Source: Zygophlyctis sp. KS116 (Eukaryota > Fungi > Chytridiomycota). Taken from it: a DNA stretch of 32,000 nucleotides. The notes beneath the pieces were generated by a model. It was not told the origin of the DNA and ran no database searches. It worked only from the letters and a program-made list of their open reading frames with translations. The stretch spans positions 1 to 32,000 of the forward strand of contig BAAFSQ010000078.1 in NCBI GenBank assembly GCA_054661495.1, read 5' to 3'. Made by a program: the position numbers and the translations under genes. Positions 26,635 through 32,000 of this stretch are shown here, in pieces; the first letter of the stretch is position 1; the number at the start of each line of letters is the position of its first letter.

Positions 26635-26810
26635 CTTGAACCTAGACACTGACACTATATCACCAACAATTGTTGATGAAGCATAATATATGATTTAGAA
26701 AAACCAACTGATCTACTCTGTGCGTAATCAGACGATTGGATTATTTTTCATATTGAGCCACTAAAGATTACAGTCAGAGTTAATTTCCGGGAAAGAAACC
26801 CTTGTCGTAA

Positions 26811-27557
<747 letters not shown>

Positions 27558-27561
<4 letters not shown>

Positions 27562-29253
27562 AGTTTCGCACCCATAAATTGAGCTACTTTAATTGACTGT
27601 CTTATTCCTAATTCAAGCATGATTTCTTCACTTCCTCCAGGAATAGCATAGGCTCGAACTTCACGATAAAGACGTTCCACACGTTCACCTTGACCCCCTC
27701 GAGAATAAGAAAGGCCTCCAAATATTTGAGCTGCTTCTCTGGCACAGAATTCCATTGTTTGAGTTGATTGAGCCTTTAGTAAAGCAATTGGACCTCCCAA
27801 TTTAAGCATCTGCAACTCTTCAGGCATTTTAGAAACTTGGTAAATTAGAGACTCCATCCAAGCATGAGTAGCTTCAATTTTACGAGCCATATGTGACAGT
27901 TTGTTTCTAATGACTGGATGATCGACTAGTTTTTTTCCAAAAGTTTCCCGCTTATGTCTAAAAAATGAAAACTAAAGGAAACTTACGCATATTTAATTGA
28001 ATCTTCAAGACAAACTCTTGCAAAGCGTGTTGCTTGCATAGCAATTCCCATTCTTTCGTGATTAAAGTTGTACTATTGTCAAAACGCATAAAATTTACCA
28101 TAATGGCTTTAAATCCCTTATTTTCTTTACCAATCAAGTTTTCAACAGGAACTTTTACATCTTCAAAAGTAACATAAGAGGTACCCGAAGCCCAAACACC
28201 AGAGCAGGCCATTTGTCGTGTTGAAACCCCTGGCATTGATCTTTCAATAAGTAACAATGACAGACCACCCATTCCAGGAGCACCTGTTCTAACAGCAACA
28301 GTAAAAAAGTCTGCAAAAACACCCTAATAATTATCTTAAAAGAATATACATTTGTAATCCACTTCTTTTCACCATTCACAATAAAAAACTTTCCATCAGC
28401 AGTTTTTCTAGCCTCTGTCTTAAGATTTGCAACATCAGATCCTGCATAAGGCTCTGTAATTGCCAAACAAATATTTTTTCTTCCATTTAAACAATCTGCA
28501 ACAACTTTATCCTTGATATAATCAGATCCAAAATGTAAAACAGGAGGTAAACCAATTCCCAAACCACCAATTAATCCCCATAAAACACCTCCAGACCCAC
28601 ATCTTGACAATTCATCACAAATAATAAACTCGTGAAAAGCATTAAATTCTTCTGGTTTTACATTACCTGCAGGAAGACGATCAGCATATTTTGTAGGCCA
28701 AGGATTCCCACAGATCCCTTGAAGAATTCCAGCCTTTGCAGCCTTTAAAAATAATTCTTTAGGAATCTTCTTTTCTTCATCCCAGGCATGGCAGTATGGC
28801 GTAACATGTCTATCAACAAATTGCCTTACAGCAGCACGAAGTCTACGATGACTCTCATCATAATATGGCGAATACCAATCCTGATACCAATATGGATCAC
28901 CAAAAGGAACTAAATCTCCAAATGCTTCTCCTTCCACAAGACCCTGAGTGATTTGTTCCTCTGGTTCCAATAGAGTTTGAACCTCTTTTGCTCCGGCGAT
29001 AATAACGTCTCCCTTGTAATACTTTGGCCCATAAGAATCCAAAACACTGGGATTATGGAACTGATCAAACTGTTTTGTTGCATCGGTCCCTGCAACCTTT
29101 AAAAGAACCTTTTTTCCACCGCTAGCATTAAAAGACTGAAACTTACGGATGTTCATTTAAAAAAGTAGTTATATCATACACTTTCCCGTGGACAATAACC
29201 CAAATGTCCTTTTCAGTATTGTGCGCAGCGACTTGTGCATTCGTAAACGACAT
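27558..29253 (-). CDS. Cytochrome b5-fused acyl-CoA dehydrogenase with PTS1 (AKL)
   Basis: N-terminal b5 domain ([26 protein letters not shown]|GG), then [23 protein letters not shown]|[16 protein letters not shown]. Four introns of 25-29 nt. Ends in GAKL. Confidence 0.93.
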
Positions 29254-29548
29254 TTTTTCAAGGTTTACCCCTTGATCAATTGCATGTCATAGGTTTTAAA
29301 CATTATTCCCCCTATCGATAGTATCAGATGAATTTAAATTTGAATTAAGGCAAGGAATTTCCATCCAAACGATAAGATCAGGATCATTGATCGTGTTTTC
29401 AAAAATATGATTGGGTAATGCAACAACTACCTTTATAAATAATATTGAAATTGAATAAAAAAGCATTTATTTATATTAATAATCAGTCAATATCTGACAG
29501 ACTGCTATCAGTTGACAAGATCAGCGTTGCAGGGTGTAGGTTGAAAAA

Positions 29549-31626
29549 ATGATCAGATCAGTCAAAAGAGCCACACAAAGTTATGAGGCCGATGCAGATG
29601 ATGAGTTAAGTTTAAAGATTGGGCAATTCATCACTGTTATTGCGATTGAAGATAATGGATGGGCAGAAGGTATTCTTGAAGATCAATGGGTCGGTTGGTT
29701 TCCGATTGATTTTGCGGTTGAGCATGAGTCGGAGCTTCCAAATGTAAGATATATAATCTAATGTCTAAGAATGCATCAATAGAAAAAATAAAGCAGCTTA
29801 GATTAGATAATTTGTTTAAGAATGCTGATCTTCGTGATGGGGCAGTTCATAAGAGAGAATCATTGGCATTGACTATAACGGAAAAGTTGAAAAAAAGGAA
29901 TTCAATAATAATGGAATTTATTGACTGTCAGTCAGTCTTTATAAGTACAATGAATGCATGGATATCTGTAGGGGTTAATTAACTAACGATTTAGGGGGTT
30001 GAATCGAATCGTGTGTTTTCTCTATTATCCAAAGATCAGGCAGTTTCACTTTTAGAAGCCATTGATGATGTTATAAATTTTCATCAAGTTCTTTTAGGGT
30101 CTTTGGAAGTTGTTCGCTCTGCTGATCCTACTGATCAAATGTTTGGTGGCTATTTTTTAGATTTCATTCCATTTTTTTCTGAAGTTTACTTAAAACTAAA
30201 ATCACTTTTGCCAAAAATAGTTACTTTTGTTATTCAATCAAATGCAGACATTTCACAAGATAAAGATACAATGGCAATGCTTCAATTTTCTGCTGATATT
30301 CATTTGCCAGTTCAACATGTATCTAAAATGGTCAATTTAACTCGGCGTATACTAAATGTGACTCCTTTAGATCATGAAGACTGGGAATTTTCAATGTATT
30401 CCTGGCGTTCACTAAGGGATGCTGTAAAGAAAATTGATCAAGAAGTAAAGGAAATTGAATCTAAAGAAACTTTGAATTCTTTTATTGAAAAATTAGATTC
30501 ATACAATGGACCGTCTATTCAAGATTGTGGTCAAATAGTTCGGTATGGTACATTAAGGATTGGAAATGCCCGTCATACTTATCATGTATATCTCATGGAA
30601 AAAGTTTTATTCATTTTGAAGCCTGTTTCCCTTCGTTTATCAATTGGAAAGAAAAATAAGAGATCTTCACTTTCTAGAGCAAAGTTTTCAATTGAATATC
30701 AAATAACATTAAATTCTCAACATGTCAAAGCAATTAGCGCCAATAATGATTTAGGAGGTAGAGTTACATTTTCTAACAGGATTAGATAATTTTTTCAGGA
30801 TTTCTTATTTTTCTCAAGATAAATCAGTCAAGTCCATTGACTGTTATGCATTTAACAAGGAGCTCAAAAGAATTTGGGTAGATTTATTGAATTCTTTAGT
30901 TGTAAAGCAAGATTCCCAATTGAATCATAAGAAAATTACAAAAGCCGAGGACTCTGTATACCAAGATTTACTGGTAACTTTTGATTTATCTTATTTTAGA
31001 GCTTTATAGAAACTGAAGAATTTTCAGGATCTGAAGAATCTTTTGAACCCCCTCCATTACCTCCAAAAGACGAATTTAAACAACTTCCTCCAATTTCTAC
31101 CCAAGAATTGGAGATATCATCAGCTAATAATCAACCCTCAATTCTCTCAACCTTTGAACCTACCTTGCATAGAGATGATTCTCTTTCAACTGATGAAGGT
31201 TCTAATTCTCTTCTAGTACTTGATTCGTGTCATGTAAATGACTCTACTTCGGATACATATAATCAAGGACCAGATCTTATAGATACTTATCTTCATAATG
31301 AGCAGAAATTTGAAGAGCTTGAAAAAGATGATGTATTAAAAAATGCTGATAGGGGTCTCAGAAATGATTCACAATCAATCAAACCCGATCCCTTAAAAAA
31401 TCATTCTATAAGCTCTGAAATAGAAGAGACTCAATCTGATGTACTTGAAAATACCAACCGGATCCGAACATTGGAAGAGACAGTCTCTGCATTTTCTGAT
31501 AAAAATTCGAATGATGATGGATTTGTAACTTATGAAGAATACGCAAAACTATTATTTGCCTATCAAGAAAAAGTAGCACAGGTTGAAGAATTAAAAATAC
31601 AATTAAGAAAACTATTAAAAGAATAA
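29549..31626 (+). CDS. SH3-DH(RhoGEF)-PH domain protein with C-terminal coiled coil
   Basis: SH3 (YEADADDELSLKIGQFITV..GWAEG..GWFPIDF), a divergent DH domain (KRNSIIMEFID..PVQHVSK..ILNVTPLDHED), a PH domain (IVRYGTL..VYLMEKVLFILK..KRIWVDLL) and PPPLPPK. Four introns of 22-27 nt. Confidence 0.8.
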
Positions 31627-31672
31627 TAATGATATAATGTATTCTTGTGAAGGCTTAACGCTCAAGCCTTGC

Positions 31673-31725
31673 TGAGCCACTTAACTGGGTTGTGCCGATT
31701 TAAATCTTCATGAGCCACTTAACTG
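31673..31725. repeat. 15-nt direct repeat spanning the start of the SH3 paralog
   Basis: tgagccacttaactg occurs at 31673-31687 and 31711-31725. Confidence 0.85.
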
Positions 31726-32000
31726 CTGAATCTTTAGCCACCTTTAAAGCATCAAAGATTGACGAAATATCACTTTGTGCTGGAGATATTGTTTGTATAT
31801 ATAATAAAATGGATGATCATTGGGCTGAAGGACATAATCTCACACAGGACTCTTTTGGAGTCTTTCCGATCGGAAGGATCAAATACATCAATGTACAAAA
31901 CTATCGATTCTTGAATGCCAAACAAGTTAAAATTAAGAGACTTGATACATTGTTTAGAAATTCCGATTCGGAAACTGATGCTGATTATTATGCTTCTCGA
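31710..32000 (+). CDS. SH3-domain protein, probable tandem paralog of the upstream GEF; truncated at window end and absent from the ORF track
   Basis: MSHLTAESLATFKASKIDEISLCAGDIVCIYNKMDDHWAEGHNLTQDSFGVFPIGRIKY...KIKRLDTLFRNSD, open to position 32000. Confidence 0.8.
   Translation, partial: MSHLTAESLATFKASKIDEISLCAGDIVCIYNKMDDHWAEGHNLTQDSFGVFPIGRIKYINVQNYRFLNAKQVKIKRLDTLFRNSDSETDADYYASR

Noticed and set aside
26670-26715. C/D snoRNA between AFG2 and Rab11 (TTGATGA..CTGA)
   Set aside because: The boxes are only about 30 nt apart, with no terminal stem or convincing guide.

Overview
AT-rich, very gene-dense eukaryotic nuclear DNA. It is most likely from a zoosporic (chytrid-like) fungus; this is inferred from fungal-type QCR10, PEX3 and cytochrome-b5/acyl-CoA dehydrogenase genes together with the flagellar genes POC1 and CFAP47. 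I reconstructed 20 protein-coding genes by hand, two of them truncated at the window edges: POC1, a tail-anchored coiled-coil protein, PIG-L, CRIPT, a small orphan, a nitronate monooxygenase-family protein (SKL), an ACSS3/PrpE-like ligase, a coiled-coil protein, a ParB/Srx-fold protein, a histidine acid phosphatase, CFAP47, a myristoylated LIM protein, 3-hydroxybutyryl-CoA dehydrogenase, QCR10, PEX3, AFG2, Rab11, b5-ACAD (AKL), an SH3-DH-PH protein and the start of its tandem paralog. The ORF track looks fragmented because the genes are split by about 65 very short GT-AG introns of 22-32 nt. Packing is extreme: convergent stop codons overlap, two divergent ATGs are 25 nt apart, and three same-strand genes have stop-to-start gaps of 8 and 5 nt. 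The main non-coding oddities are a GC-rich heptamer array upstream of CRIPT whose GTCCG/CCGAC core recurs near many gene starts, an isolated tRNA-like B-box, and a weak C/D snoRNA candidate. No mobile element, CRISPR array or rRNA was seen. All splice models and family calls are manual and were not checked against RNA data or databases.
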